From Spirochaetales bacterium (GTDB lineage Bacteria > Spirochaetota > Spirochaetia > UBA9216): DNA of 64,000 nucleotides. Below are positions 10,020 to 20,275 of the stretch, piece after piece. Every line of letters begins with the position of its first letter. The stretch's first letter is position 1. A model generated the notes under the pieces. The model saw only the letters and a list, made by a program, of their open reading frames with translations. It did not search any database and was not told the origin of the DNA. A program made the translations under genes and the position numbers. The stretch lies in contig JAEKNX010000002.1 in NCBI GenBank assembly GCA_016839055.1, positions 377,451 through 441,450 of the forward strand, in the 5' to 3' direction.

Positions 10020-10172
10020 TTGAGGCTATTGTGAACAAAGTTCAGGATTTCTAAAAATCAGGGATTGAAATCTACGATTTTTTTGAAGTTTCAACCTTGG
10101 ATTTCGATGAAGTTTTTCGATGACTTATTGTTTTATAAGATTTTAACTTATTATTGTTGAAAATATTTCGAA

Positions 10173-10208
10173 GGCTCTGGTGAAAAACAAACGATTTTTA
10201 CCAGAGCC
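10173..10208. terminator. Hairpin between convergent yhbY and dCMP deaminase genes (terminator and/or IS-end remnant)
   Basis: GGCTCTGGTGAAAA ... TTTTACCAGAGCC near-perfect inverted repeat. Confidence 0.5.
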
Positions 10209-10289
10209 TCAGGTGCTGTTTTTTATTTACGTTGTATATAAATATTGGCAATCAATTATATGCTTCCTCGGGGAATCGGGGTATTTTAC

Positions 10290-10781
10290 CTACTGATTAT
10301 CGTATTCCAGAATTTTCTCATCGACATATTCCAATATTATTCCGGCCTTTTTGAACATTTTTTCTGATTCCTCACCGGCGTGGTACTTACTCTCGCAGAC
10401 AACTCTTATGATTCCGCAGTTGATTATAAGCATCGCGCATGTGCGGCAGGGCGTCATTCGGCAGTAAAGGGTAGCGCCGTCAATGCTGATTCCGAGCCTT
10501 GCAGCCTGGCAGATCGCATTCTGTTCGGCGTGTACCGTCCGCACGCAGTGCTGGGTTGTTGAGCCGTCCTCATGTGTCATTTTTTTCATCTGGTGGCCTA
10601 TGTCATCACAATGAGGCAGCCCCCTGGGAGAGCCAACGTAGCCGGTAACCAGAATCTGTCTGTCACGCGCTATGACGCAGCCGCTTCGGCCCCGATCACA
10701 GGTTGCCCGTTTGGATATTGCGTTTGCAGTCTCCATGAAATATTCATCCCAACTGGGCCGCTTGTATTTTATTTCAGACAT
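10290..10781 (-). CDS. dCMP deaminase (ComEB-like)
   Basis: RPSWDEYFM, RATC, HAEQNAI and TPCRTC Zn motifs. Start reassigned to ATG 10781 (SD GGAG); the ORF-track extension overlaps pfp. Confidence 0.92.
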   Translation of the reverse strand: MSEIKYKRPSWDEYFMETANAISKRATCDRGRSGCVIARDRQILVTGYVGSPRGLPHCDDIGHQMKKMTHEDGSTTQHCVRTVHAEQNAICQAARLGISIDGATLYCRMTPCRTCAMLIINCGIIRVVCESKYHAGEESEKMFKKAGIILEYVDEKILEYDNQ

Positions 10782-10871
10782 TTTCATCTCCATATCGGGC
10801 TTTGCTGTTAATTTATAATATATTAAAAGCATCTGAATAGGAATATTTATTAATAAAAAATCATCATGGAG

Positions 10872-10907
10872 AAAAAAGAAAGGGCTGCGGTGCGGCAGCC
10901 CTTTCTT
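10872..10907 (-). terminator. Rho-independent terminator downstream of pfp
   Basis: AAGAAAGGGCTGC-loop-GCAGCCCTTTCTT 13-bp stem with a T-tract on the minus strand. Confidence 0.8.
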
Positions 10908-10926
10908 ATCAGAAGTTCCAAGCGTT

Positions 10927-12582
10927 CTATTCATGCTCGAGTTTAAGAGTAACAGTGGGAGCATTGCAGATCTCATCCGGGCCATAGTACTGGATGGCGC
11001 CGGGGTATCTGAAACTTGTCTTTTCAGCCCATTTTTTTCTCGAAGATGCAAATGTTTTAAAGGGAGTTTTGTCCATTTCTACCAGGGCTTTCTTTATGAC
11101 CGGTTTATTCCTGCCGTGCCTGACTTCAAGGTTCATCATCATCGTAACGGGAATTCCTCCCGCAATCCATTCGGAGGAAGGTTTAGAAAGGTTTTTAACT
11201 GAAGACATATAGCCGGAAAGACCTCCGGAAATCAGTATGAATGCTGTATAACCGAGGCCGTAACAATAATCTGCATCAAAATTGGATGGAAATGCGCACC
11301 GTCCCTCGTATCCGAAAAAATGATGCTGATGGCTGAACAAGCCGGAATATTTTCCTTCACTCTTGAGTTCGGCAAGTTTAGACTCAACCATATCTATTAA
11401 AAGTATTTCGGTCTCAATTCTCGATACCTGGACATTCCCGTGCGGATCCCTGTCCATCAGCAGCTGTCTCTGGATATTGCTCGGGAGAGATGAGAATGCA
11501 TAGGAAGAGTCTTTAGATAAATTCTTGTTTATCCATTCTGCCTGATCTTCGAAGGTGTGGAGGGTATTGTAGTAATCCCCTTTTTCGGCGAGCATATCAT
11601 TCACTTCGCTTATAAGCATTCCCATCTCGGGGATAAACTCAATCAGCCCCTCGGGAACCAGCACAACTCCGAAATTCTCATTATTTGCCGCACGTTTAAC
11701 AACGATATCGGCAATATTATCTACTATTTCTGATAGGCTTGTCCTGTTCTTTTCAACCTCTTCTGAGATAACAGCATAGGTCGGTTGGGTCTGCAGGGCA
11801 CATTCAAGGCAGATATGTGATGCCGAGCGTCCCATAAGCTTGATGAAATGCCAGTATTTCTTTGCTGAATTAGCGTCGCGCTGTATATTGCCGATGAGTT
11901 CGGAATAAGTTTTGGTTGCGGTGTCGAAGCCGAAAGATGTCTCGATATGCTCATTCTTCAAGTCTCCATCGATGGTTTTAGGGCATCCTATTACCTGGAC
12001 GCCGGCATCTTTTGACTTAAAATACTCGGCAAGCATGGCCGCGTTGGTATTGGAGTCGTCTCCGCCTATTATTACAATTGCTGTGATATTATTCTTGCGG
12101 CAAACCTCGAGGCTGGTATTGAACTGCTCTTCGGACTCCAGCTTTGTTCTTCCCGAGCCGATGATGTCGAATCCTCCGGTATTTCGGTATTCTGCGAGAT
12201 ATCCGGAAGTTATTTCAATTTTTTTATCTTCTACGAGGCCTGAGGGGCCGCCTAAAAAGCCGTAAAGTTTGGAATCGGGGTTACCAGCCTTGATTCCGTC
12301 AAATAATCCGGCAATTACGTTATGCCCGCCGGGAGCCTGCCCGCCGGAGAGAACTACTCCAACATTGATTATCTTAGAAGCATCGGCATTCGGGCCTTCA
12401 ACAAGCCTTGTTATCGGCATTCCATATGTACTTGGAAACATTTCCTTAAGGGCTGCCTGATCGGATATTGATTCAGTAGCCGTGCCTTTTTCAATACAAA
12501 TGCTTCCGACATCCTTTTTAAGAATTTCAGGTAGACGCGGCATGTATTTATACCGATCCCTTTGCAGTGGTGATAGATCCAT
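10927..12582 (-). CDS. pfp: Pyrophosphate-dependent phosphofructokinase (long type)
   Basis: [15 protein letters not shown] (Asp indicating PPi use), PKTIDGD and MGR motifs. Confidence 0.96.
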   Translation of the reverse strand: MDLSPLQRDRYKYMPRLPEILKKDVGSICIEKGTATESISDQAALKEMFPSTYGMPITRLVEGPNADASKIINVGVVLSGGQAPGGHNVIAGLFDGIKAGNPDSKLYGFLGGPSGLVEDKKIEITSGYLAEYRNTGGFDIIGSGRTKLESEEQFNTSLEVCRKNNITAIVIIGGDDSNTNAAMLAEYFKSKDAGVQVIGCPKTIDGDLKNEHIETSFGFDTATKTYSELIGNIQRDANSAKKYWHFIKLMGRSASHICLECALQTQPTYAVISEEVEKNRTSLSEIVDNIADIVVKRAANNENFGVVLVPEGLIEFIPEMGMLISEVNDMLAEKGDYYNTLHTFEDQAEWINKNLSKDSSYAFSSLPSNIQRQLLMDRDPHGNVQVSRIETEILLIDMVESKLAELKSEGKYSGLFSHQHHFFGYEGRCAFPSNFDADYCYGLGYTAFILISGGLSGYMSSVKNLSKPSSEWIAGGIPVTMMMNLEVRHGRNKPVIKKALVEMDKTPFKTFASSRKKWAEKTSFRYPGAIQYYGPDEICNAPTVTLKLEHE

Positions 12583-12709
12583 AGTTTCTTACTCCTTTTA
12601 TATGTCTGGTCAAAATATATAAAAAAAACGGGAATAGCACAAGATTGCATAGATATAACCAAATTAGAAAAAAGGTGGAAATTTGTGCTTAAATATTATA
12701 GTTTTAATT

Positions 12710-13942
12710 ATGGCTTTATATAAAATTGAAAATAATATTCAGAAATATGCCTGGGGTTCGGTTACATCTATACCGGAACTTCTGGGTATTCCGAATCCGG
12801 ATAAAGAACCTATGGCTGAGCTCTGGATGGGGGCTCATCCGAAGTCTCCATCACTCATAGTAAGCGGCGGGGTAAAGACTCCGCTTAATGATTTCATCGC
12901 CTCGGATCCCGACAGAGTTCTGGGGCAGCAGACAAGCAGGCGCTTTGCCGGAAGGTTTCCCTTTCTTTTTAAAGTCCTTGCCGCGGGCAGTCCGCTTTCC
13001 ATTCAGGCTCATCCCAGTATCGAGCAGGCTGTAGCCGGCTTTGCCAGGGAAAATGCCGACGGGATAGAGCTCGATGCTTTTAACAGGAATTATAAGGATG
13101 ATAACCACAAGCCCGAGATTATCTGTGCACTTACCGACTATAGCGCTATGCGGGGATTTCGTGAGCCGGCGGAAATTGCCAGGAATTTTAGAAAGCTGGG
13201 CGCAGGTGTACTGGAGGTTGTCTCTGACAACTTATATAACAGCAGCCCGGAGAATTCGGAAACCGTTCTCAGGGAGTTCTTTTCTGTTTTGATGAACCTG
13301 AACCGCGGCGACATGGCGGAAATTATTGAAAAGGCAATTGACCATTCCTGCGGCAGATGGTCCGAAAGAGGCAACGGGCTCGAGACTGAGGCATTCTGGA
13401 TAAGGCGGCTTGCAAAGCTTTATCCTGGGGATATTGGGATTATCAGCCCGCTTTTTCTTAATATCATAAACCTGAAGGAGGGGCAGGCTATGTATCTTCC
13501 AGCCGGAGAACTGCACGCCTATCTCGAAGGATTGGGAATCGAGCTGATGGCTAACTCTGATAATGTCCTTCGCGGCGGACTCACCTCCAAGCACATTGAT
13601 CTGCCTGAGCTGCTGTCTACTCTCAAGTTCACCTCAGGCGCGCCTGAGGTCCTCGAGGCTGTAAGGATTACAGATTATGAGTCAGGCTACCTCACGCCGG
13701 CGCCGGAGTTCTTTCTTTCGAAGATTGAAATTACCGGCGGCGAATACAAGCCGCCAACCGGAGCAAACGAACCGGGGCTTCCGGCGATAATGATCTGCAC
13801 CTCGGGGACAGTTGAGTTTGCCGATGAGGATGGGAACCAGCTCTCTATAGGAAGAGGTGAGTCGGTGTTTGCGGAATACGGAAGCAGGATGAAAATAAGT
13901 GGCGACGGAGTACTCTTTCGGGCATCGGTGCCGGGGGCTTGA
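12710..13942 (+). CDS. manA: Mannose-6-phosphate isomerase, class I
   Basis: YAWGS, AELWMGAHP, LSIQAHP, YKDDNHKPE and ANSDNVLRGGLT motifs. Confidence 0.96.
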   Translation: MALYKIENNIQKYAWGSVTSIPELLGIPNPDKEPMAELWMGAHPKSPSLIVSGGVKTPLNDFIASDPDRVLGQQTSRRFAGRFPFLFKVLAAGSPLSIQAHPSIEQAVAGFARENADGIELDAFNRNYKDDNHKPEIICALTDYSAMRGFREPAEIARNFRKLGAGVLEVVSDNLYNSSPENSETVLREFFSVLMNLNRGDMAEIIEKAIDHSCGRWSERGNGLETEAFWIRRLAKLYPGDIGIISPLFLNIINLKEGQAMYLPAGELHAYLEGLGIELMANSDNVLRGGLTSKHIDLPELLSTLKFTSGAPEVLEAVRITDYESGYLTPAPEFFLSKIEITGGEYKPPTGANEPGLPAIMICTSGTVEFADEDGNQLSIGRGESVFAEYGSRMKISGDGVLFRASVPGA

Positions 13943-14406
13943 TGAGAATATTTGTTGATGCCGACTCATGCCCGCAGATTGTCCGCGGGATAATTTCACG
14001 GGCCGCGGAGAGAGAGGGGCTTGAATGCGTCTTTGCCGCTAATCGGAATATTCCTCTGCCCGAGAATGATTTTCTAAAAATGGTTATAGTCGAAGAGGGC
14101 GAGGGTGTAGCAGATCAGTATATTATCGATAACTCGACAGAGGACGATATTGCTGTTACCCGGGATATTCCTCTGGCGGCCGAACTAGTCGAGAATAAGG
14201 TGGTTGTCTTAAATGATCGCGGTGAGGTTTTTACCCCGGAAAACATCAGGCAGCGGCTGTCAATTCGAAATGTAATGAAGGATTTCCGGGATTCAGGTAT
14301 AATGCCCGATGCTGACAACAGCTTCGGACGAAAGGAAATTCAGCTCTTCGCCAATGCCTTTGACCGGGAACTCAGAAAGTTAATAATAAAGACTAAGGCT
14401 GTTTGA
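13939..14406 (+). CDS. YaiI/YqxD (DUF188) PIN-like protein
   Basis: IFVDADSCP and VTRDIPLA motifs. Confidence 0.9.
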   Translation: MMRIFVDADSCPQIVRGIISRAAEREGLECVFAANRNIPLPENDFLKMVIVEEGEGVADQYIIDNSTEDDIAVTRDIPLAAELVENKVVVLNDRGEVFTPENIRQRLSIRNVMKDFRDSGIMPDADNSFGRKEIQLFANAFDRELRKLIIKTKAV

Positions 14407-14468
14407 ATTGCGGATAATTCTACTATGCCATCGCCTTATATAAATCCAAATTCCCGTGGCCAAGTTAA

Positions 14469-15854
14469 TTAAAATTCCGCGCTGTGAACTGTTCTTGGAA
14501 ACGGAATTACGTCCCTGATGTTCTGCATTCCGGTAAGGTACTGGATGAGGCGTTCGAACCCTAGTCCGAAACCGGCGTGGGGAACCGAGCCGTAACGCCT
14601 GAGATCGAGATACCACCAATAGTCCTTTTTATCAAGGTTCATCTCCTCCAGTCTGGCAGTTAATCTGTCGAGGCTGTCCTCGCGTTGTGAGCCGCCTATA
14701 ATTTCCCCGAGGCGGGGAACCAGGACGTCCATAGCGCGAACTGTTTTTCCGTCATCATTCATCTTCATGTAGAAGGCTTTGATTTCCTTTGGATAATCGG
14801 TGACTATAACCGGTCCGCCGAAGACTTTCTCGGTAAGAAATTTTTCGTGTTCCGACTGAAGATCCGCTCCCCATGACGGCTTGAACTCGAAACTTCCTGT
14901 GTTCTTTTCGAGTTCCCTGACCGCTTCGGTGTAGGTGACTCTGTGGAAATCAGAATCGACTACGGATCTCAGTGATTCGACAATGCCCTTTTCGATAAAT
15001 TTATTGAAAAGATCCATATCTTCGGCACAGTTCTCCAGAACATATTTAATAACATATTTGATGAAGTCTTCGGCAACGTCCATGTCTCCGTCGAGGTTGC
15101 AGAATGCCATCTCCGGTTCAATCATCCAGAACTCGGCAAGATGACGGGCGGTGTTTGAGTTCTCGGCCCTGAAGGTAGGCCCGAAGGTGTAAACATTTGA
15201 ATGAGACATGGCGTATATTTCGGCTTCGAGCTGGCCGCTTACGGTAAGGGAAGCCTGCTTTCCGAAGAAATCCTTGCTGTAATCTACCTTGCCATCTTCC
15301 TTTGGTATATTATTCAGATCGAGGGTTGTTACCTGAAACATCTCTCCGGCGCCTTCACAATCGCTTGCCGAGATTATCGGAGTATGGATGTAGAAAAAGC
15401 CTCTCTCCTGATAGAACTTGTGAACTGCGTAGCTGGCGGCGCTCCTGACCCTTGTTACCGCGCCGAGCGCGTTGGTTCTTGGCCGCAGGTGAGCAATTTC
15501 CCTGAGGAATTCGAAAGAATGACGTTTCTTCTGAAGCGGATAACTGTCCGCCGGCGCTTCTCCCAGAAGTCTGATCTCGGCTGCCTGAAGCTCTACCGGC
15601 TGGTTCTGGCCCGGAGATTCAACGAGGATGCCGTCAACCTCGACACCTGCCCCTGTGGTGAGTTTGGAAAGAAGTGCTTCGGGATTATATTTTTCCTTAT
15701 CAACAATAACCTGAAGGTTTTTCAAGCATGATCCGTCGGAGAGCTCGAAAAAACAGACGTTTTTTGAGTCGCGGCGGGTTCTAACCCAGCCTGAAACTGT
15801 TCGGGATTTCTCCTCTGGTTTCATTGCAAGTATTTCTTTTATAGATGGTCTCAT
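14469..15854 (-). CDS. asnS: Asparagine-tRNA ligase
   Basis: GWVRTRR OB fold, [22 protein letters not shown] and [11 protein letters not shown] motifs. Confidence 0.97.
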   Translation of the reverse strand: MRPSIKEILAMKPEEKSRTVSGWVRTRRDSKNVCFFELSDGSCLKNLQVIVDKEKYNPEALLSKLTTGAGVEVDGILVESPGQNQPVELQAAEIRLLGEAPADSYPLQKKRHSFEFLREIAHLRPRTNALGAVTRVRSAASYAVHKFYQERGFFYIHTPIISASDCEGAGEMFQVTTLDLNNIPKEDGKVDYSKDFFGKQASLTVSGQLEAEIYAMSHSNVYTFGPTFRAENSNTARHLAEFWMIEPEMAFCNLDGDMDVAEDFIKYVIKYVLENCAEDMDLFNKFIEKGIVESLRSVVDSDFHRVTYTEAVRELEKNTGSFEFKPSWGADLQSEHEKFLTEKVFGGPVIVTDYPKEIKAFYMKMNDDGKTVRAMDVLVPRLGEIIGGSQREDSLDRLTARLEEMNLDKKDYWWYLDLRRYGSVPHAGFGLGFERLIQYLTGMQNIRDVIPFPRTVHSAEF

Positions 15855-15939
15855 GTTATACTCCTGGAATATTGATATTATAGAATTAGCACAGTTCTGA
15901 TTCTAAGTCAAACTGAACTTATACAATAGGGGAAATATC

Positions 15940-16281
15940 TTGGGAATCCAGATTATCGGAACAAAAAAATGCCGGGAAACTCAAAAAACCGAGCGGTATT
16001 TCAAGGAAAGAAAAATTGCCTATCATTTTGTCGATTTAAGTCAGAGAGAACTAAGTCCGGGAGAACTGAAGAGCCTTATTACGACGCTCGGAGCAGACGA
16101 GTTGATTGATACCGGCTCGAAGTTGTATAAAAAAAGAGGTATGGAGTATATGGACTTTGATGCAATAGAAGAGCTTGCCGAACATCCGGATCTAATGAAA
16201 ATTCCAGTAGTTCGAGACGGCTCGAAGGCTGTAATAGGATGGGATCCGGAAAGCTGGAAAACACTGCTGGGTGTGGAATGA
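15940..16281 (+). CDS. ArsC/Spx-family thioredoxin-fold protein
   Basis: GTKKCRETQK and HPDLMKIPVVR motifs; TTG start with purine-rich SD. Confidence 0.85.
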   Translation: MGIQIIGTKKCRETQKTERYFKERKIAYHFVDLSQRELSPGELKSLITTLGADELIDTGSKLYKKRGMEYMDFDAIEELAEHPDLMKIPVVRDGSKAVIGWDPESWKTLLGVE

Positions 16282-17516
16282 ATATGGTTGAAGTTAATTC
16301 AGAAATAGGACGCCTTGAGAAGGTAATCGTCCACTCTCCTGGGAAAGAGATTCAGGACATGACTCCCAAGATGGCTGAAGAGCTATTGTATAACGATATT
16401 ATACCTCTCTCTGTTGTCAGCGATGAACATGCCAGGCTTAAAAATATTCTCGGACGTGTAGCCGAAGTATATGAGTTTACTGATCTGCTTACCCAGTCGC
16501 TTGAGGATAAGGAAGTAAGAACCGCTTTCATAGACAGACTCATAACGGTCGCCAAAATACCGGAGAGAAGGGAAGAGCTTCTTGAGCTTGATCAGCTTGG
16601 CCTCGTGAGGGTAATAGTAACCGGACTGCCGGAGAAGAAATGCAGCCTTGAGAAGTATCTTTCGGGTCGGCAGTATGATATAAATCCTCTTCCCAACCTG
16701 TATTTCACAAGAGACGCGGCTATGGTCTTTGGAGATCAGGTAATTTCGGGTGCAATGGCCAATAGGGTCAGACAGGCTGAGTCGGAAGCCGCCGCCCTCT
16801 TTTTTGAGAATCATCCGGCTCTCGCTAATGACGGATTCATCCTCGAGGGGCACCGTAACGAGAACGGTAATCTGACAATTGAAGGTGGTGATTTTCTTGT
16901 GCTCTCGGAGGTTTGTCTGCTGATAGGTATTTCCGAGAGGACGACTCCGGCCTCGATAGATCATATAGCCCGGACGATAGGGAAAGACAAGCCGCTGACA
17001 ATCTTCGCAGTTGTGCTGCCGAGAGAGAGAGCGACCATTCATCTCGATATGATTCTGACCCAAATAAGCCGGAATGAGCTGATGATATACGAACCCTATA
17101 TAGTTGGAAATCAGAAACTTCGCTTCATAAAACTTGAGGTTAAGCCAGGACGGGAACCTGTAATTTCCGAAGTTCCTGATCTTCTGAAAGCTTTAAGGCA
17201 GGAAGGATTTGATATGAAACCGGTATTCTGCGGGGACGCCGATCCTGTTCAGCAGCAGAGGGAACAATGGCTCAGCGGTAACAACTTTTTCGCGATAGCT
17301 CCGGGGAAGATAATAGGTTATGCCTGCAATAATTACACTATGGATGCTCTAAGCCGGGCCGGATATGATATCAAGACAGATGATGATTTTCTCCTTCGAG
17401 GAGACTCGATAGACCGATATGAAAAGCTTGTAATAGGGATAAAAGGTGTCGAACTTGCCCGCGGCGGCGGCGGAGCCAGGTGTATGACCTGCCCTGTAAA
17501 GAGGCAGCCGCTTTAA
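16278..17516 (+). CDS. arcA: Arginine deiminase
   Basis: SEIGRL, PNLYFTRD, EGGD, HLD and C-terminal GGGGARCMTCP catalytic Cys. Confidence 0.92.
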   Translation: MNMVEVNSEIGRLEKVIVHSPGKEIQDMTPKMAEELLYNDIIPLSVVSDEHARLKNILGRVAEVYEFTDLLTQSLEDKEVRTAFIDRLITVAKIPERREELLELDQLGLVRVIVTGLPEKKCSLEKYLSGRQYDINPLPNLYFTRDAAMVFGDQVISGAMANRVRQAESEAAALFFENHPALANDGFILEGHRNENGNLTIEGGDFLVLSEVCLLIGISERTTPASIDHIARTIGKDKPLTIFAVVLPRERATIHLDMILTQISRNELMIYEPYIVGNQKLRFIKLEVKPGREPVISEVPDLLKALRQEGFDMKPVFCGDADPVQQQREQWLSGNNFFAIAPGKIIGYACNNYTMDALSRAGYDIKTDDDFLLRGDSIDRYEKLVIGIKGVELARGGGGARCMTCPVKRQPL

Positions 17517-18292
17517 TGACAATAGACGGATTAAGGTATGCTGTCATAGGCAGCGGCTCCTCGGCGAACTCATATATCTTTGACTACAAAGGATATTCGT
17601 TCATTGTTGACAACGGTTTCTCATGCAAGCAGGCAATCGAGCGGGCACAGCAGCTCGGTTTCGATCCGGATAACGTGAAATATATATTTCTGACGCATTC
17701 ACATGATGATCATTTCAGGGGAATAGAGGTCTTGTCACGTAAGCTTAAGGCCCCGGTAGTACTTCACGCGGAGCTGAACCTGAACCGGAAGATCAAGAAG
17801 CACTTCTATAGGCGGAAGGACATAATGCCGGGCTGTTTCTACACCGAAGGCGATTTCCGCTTTAGGGCCTTTCAGACGTCTCATGATGCCGATTTTTCAT
17901 TAAGCTACCATTTTCAGCTCGGGCCGGCAGTCTTCACGATCATTACTGATACCGGAGTCGTTAGTATTGAGATGCTTGAGTTAGCCTCTCAATCCGATGT
18001 GCTTTTTTTGGAGGCTAATTATAATCAGAGAATGCTCGATGACGGGCCCTATCCGTATTTTCTAAAACAGCGTATTCTGTCTGACCATGGCCACCTGTCA
18101 AATACGGCCGCCCTCAGTTTTTTAAATGAAGTCGGGCAACGGGAGGACGCGAGGCTTAAGGAAGTATATTTCTGCCATCTCTCGGATACTAATAATTCAC
18201 CGGAAGTTCTCGCCGAGGATATCGGTCGTGAGCTCAAATGGAAGGGAAGTTGGGTAATCTGCCGGAAGGGACAGATGCAGCCTCAACTGTGA
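17516..18292 (+). CDS. MBL-fold hydrolase (YycJ/WalJ-like)
   Basis: GSGSSAN, THSHDDH, TDTG, GHLSN and HLSDTNN motifs; TAATG coupling with arcA. Confidence 0.88.
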   Translation: MTIDGLRYAVIGSGSSANSYIFDYKGYSFIVDNGFSCKQAIERAQQLGFDPDNVKYIFLTHSHDDHFRGIEVLSRKLKAPVVLHAELNLNRKIKKHFYRRKDIMPGCFYTEGDFRFRAFQTSHDADFSLSYHFQLGPAVFTIITDTGVVSIEMLELASQSDVLFLEANYNQRMLDDGPYPYFLKQRILSDHGHLSNTAALSFLNEVGQREDARLKEVYFCHLSDTNNSPEVLAEDIGRELKWKGSWVICRKGQMQPQL

Positions 18293-18320
18293 GATTAGCG
18301 ACTGTGCGGTCGGTGGCGTA

Positions 18321-18349
18321 TTGCAAAAAAGGGCCATAAAATATAAGCT
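18321..18349 (+). promoter_or_regulatory. Sigma70-type promoter of the DAHP synthase gene
   Basis: TTGCAA-N17-TAAGCT ending 9 nt before ATG 18359. Confidence 0.55.
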
Positions 18350-18358
18350 TAGAACCTT

Positions 18359-19399
18359 ATGAAAAAGACAAACAACCTGCGCATCCTCACAGAGGAGCGC
18401 GCGATATCACCCAACGAACTGAAAAAAGAGTTCCCGATAACTGAAAACGGCAGCCTTACCGTTTTTAACAGCAGAAATATTGTTGAAGATATTCTTGAAG
18501 GACGTGACAACAGGTTCCTTGCAATTACAGGCCCATGTTCCATTCATGATGAGCATGCGGCGCTTGAATATGCACAGAAACTAAACGAGCTAAGGCTGAA
18601 GTATGAAGACAGAGTATATATAATAATGAGGGTTTATTTTGAGAAACCCCGAACAACTATAGGCTGGCGCGGCCTTATTATTGATCCTGAACTCGACGGC
18701 TCATACAATATAAATGAAGGGCTCCGTAAGGCGCGCAGGCTGCTTGTCAAGATTACAGACATGGGGCTTCCTACCGCAACCGAGGTTCTCGACCCGATTA
18801 TTCCTCAGTATATTGCTGATCTGATGAGCTGGTCGGCCGTAGGCGCGCGGACAACCGAGAGCCAGACTCACCGTAATATGGTAAGCGGGCTTTCGATGCC
18901 GGTAGGTTTTAAAAACGGTACGGACGGCAGTGTTGAAAAGGCTATTAACGCTATCGAATCAGCAAGAAATCCCCATAGCTTTCTCGGAATTGATGATGAC
19001 GGGCAGACCTGCATCCTGAGTACCAGCGGGAATGAGGCAACTCATCTGATACTGCGCGGCGGCATTGTCGGCCCGAATTATTATGAAGAAACAGTTGAAG
19101 AAGCTGAGGATCTATTTAATAATAATAATATTCATCCGGCTATGATTGTCGACTGCAGTCACGCAAATTCCGGCAAGAAGCATCAGAAGCAATTCAGGGT
19201 GCTCAGGTCTATTATTGAGCAGAAAAAACGGCATCCGGCAATTAAGGGCGTGATGATTGAGAGCAATCTTTTTGAAGGAAGTCAGCCGATCCTGAAGGAT
19301 ATTTCGAAACTGACATACGGTGTTTCGATTACCGATGAATGTGTGGGCTGGGATGTTACAGAAGAGATGATAGAGTACATCTGGTCTGAGCTCGGATAA
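18359..19399 (+). CDS. 3-deoxy-7-phosphoheptulonate synthase (class I-alpha, AroF/G/H type)
   Basis: GPCSIHD, RVYFEKPRT, GARTTESQTHR and DCSHANS motifs. Confidence 0.96.
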   Translation: MKKTNNLRILTEERAISPNELKKEFPITENGSLTVFNSRNIVEDILEGRDNRFLAITGPCSIHDEHAALEYAQKLNELRLKYEDRVYIIMRVYFEKPRTTIGWRGLIIDPELDGSYNINEGLRKARRLLVKITDMGLPTATEVLDPIIPQYIADLMSWSAVGARTTESQTHRNMVSGLSMPVGFKNGTDGSVEKAINAIESARNPHSFLGIDDDGQTCILSTSGNEATHLILRGGIVGPNYYEETVEEAEDLFNNNNIHPAMIVDCSHANSGKKHQKQFRVLRSIIEQKKRHPAIKGVMIESNLFEGSQPILKDISKLTYGVSITDECVGWDVTEEMIEYIWSELG

Positions 19400-19416
19400 A
19401 CGGGAGGAGTTTGCGG

Positions 19417-19980
19417 ATGAAGAGAGTATTAGTATTTCTTGCGGACGGATTTGAGGAAGTAGAGGCGGTAACCCCGGTTGATTTTCTAAGAAGAGGCGGA
19501 ATTGAGGTTGTGATTGTCGGAATCGGCGGCGGGAGAATTACCGGCGGACATGGTATTGAGATTACCGCCGATATCAAACTTTCCGATCTCGGCCCCTCGG
19601 AAGCCGGGAGTGCCGATGCCCTGGTCTTTCCCGGCGGAATGCCCGGAGCGTCGAATCTTGCCGCCGAAGAGAGGGTTAATGTCCTTATTACCGATTTCAA
19701 CCGGCAGGGAAAGCTGATAGCCGCAATATGCGCCTCTCCTGCCGTTATTCTTGCCCCGACAGGGGTTCTTGACGGTCGCAGAGCAACCTGCTATCCGGGG
19801 ATGGAGAAAATGTTCGGAGACGGAACTTCTTTCAGTTCCGACAGAGTGGTCATTGACGGTAATATAATAACCAGCCGGGGTCCCGGAACGGCCATAGAAT
19901 TTTCCGCCGCCATTATAGGTTACTTTAACGGACCGGAGGCCAAAGCAGATGTTTTTGCTAAATCTCTGCAGAAGGAATAG
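19417..19980 (+). CDS. DJ-1/YajL (ThiJ) family protein
   Basis: LADGFEEVEA, PGGMPGA, AICASP and TSRGPGTA motifs. Confidence 0.93.
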   Translation: MKRVLVFLADGFEEVEAVTPVDFLRRGGIEVVIVGIGGGRITGGHGIEITADIKLSDLGPSEAGSADALVFPGGMPGASNLAAEERVNVLITDFNRQGKLIAAICASPAVILAPTGVLDGRRATCYPGMEKMFGDGTSFSSDRVVIDGNIITSRGPGTAIEFSAAIIGYFNGPEAKADVFAKSLQKE

Positions 19981-20019
19981 CTGGAGTAATAGGTTTCTTG
20001 ACAAGCAATAGGTTTCTTC

Positions 20020-20048
20020 TTGAAAAAAAATCTGCTTTGAAGTATGAT
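20020..20048 (+). promoter_or_regulatory. Sigma70-type promoter of the small ORF at 20067
   Basis: TTGAAA(20020-25)-N17-TATGAT(20043-48), preceded by the 12-bp direct repeat AATAGGTTTCTT at 19988 and 20007. Confidence 0.6.
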
Positions 20049-20066
20049 TAATACAGAGGTAAAAAA

Positions 20067-20201
20067 ATGTTAAAGAGGATTCTGACCGCATCAATCATTA
20101 TTCTTTTCGCGGGTATTCTTGTTACAATTTCGGCAAGAGAGTTGCCGGCAGTTTCGGTGGAGAACCCTCCCGTAAAAACAACAATCTTCCTGGGAAAATA
20201 A
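20067..20201 (+). CDS. Small 44-aa protein with signal-peptide-like N-terminus (not in ORF track)
   Basis: MLKRILTASIIILFAGILVTISARELPAVSVENPPVKTTIFLGK; SD AGAGGT, promoter upstream and hairpin downstream. Confidence 0.6.
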   Translation: MLKRILTASIIILFAGILVTISARELPAVSVENPPVKTTIFLGK

Positions 20202-20214
20202 TCATCAGCTAAAT

Positions 20215-20246
20215 AAAAAAACGGCCGCCCCGAAATCAGGGCAGCC
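20215..20246 (-). terminator. Rho-independent terminator downstream of ackA (first copy)
   Basis: Minus strand reads GGCTGCCCTG-ATTTCG-GGGCGGCC-GTTTTTT. Confidence 0.7.
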
Positions 20247-20275
20247 TTATCTATGTTAAATAATATTGTGAAAAC

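Noticed and set aside
10782-11051. N-terminal extension of dCMP deaminase in the ORF track
   Set aside because: It overlaps pfp and its terminator; family similarity starts at MSEIKYKRPSW, which has its own SD.
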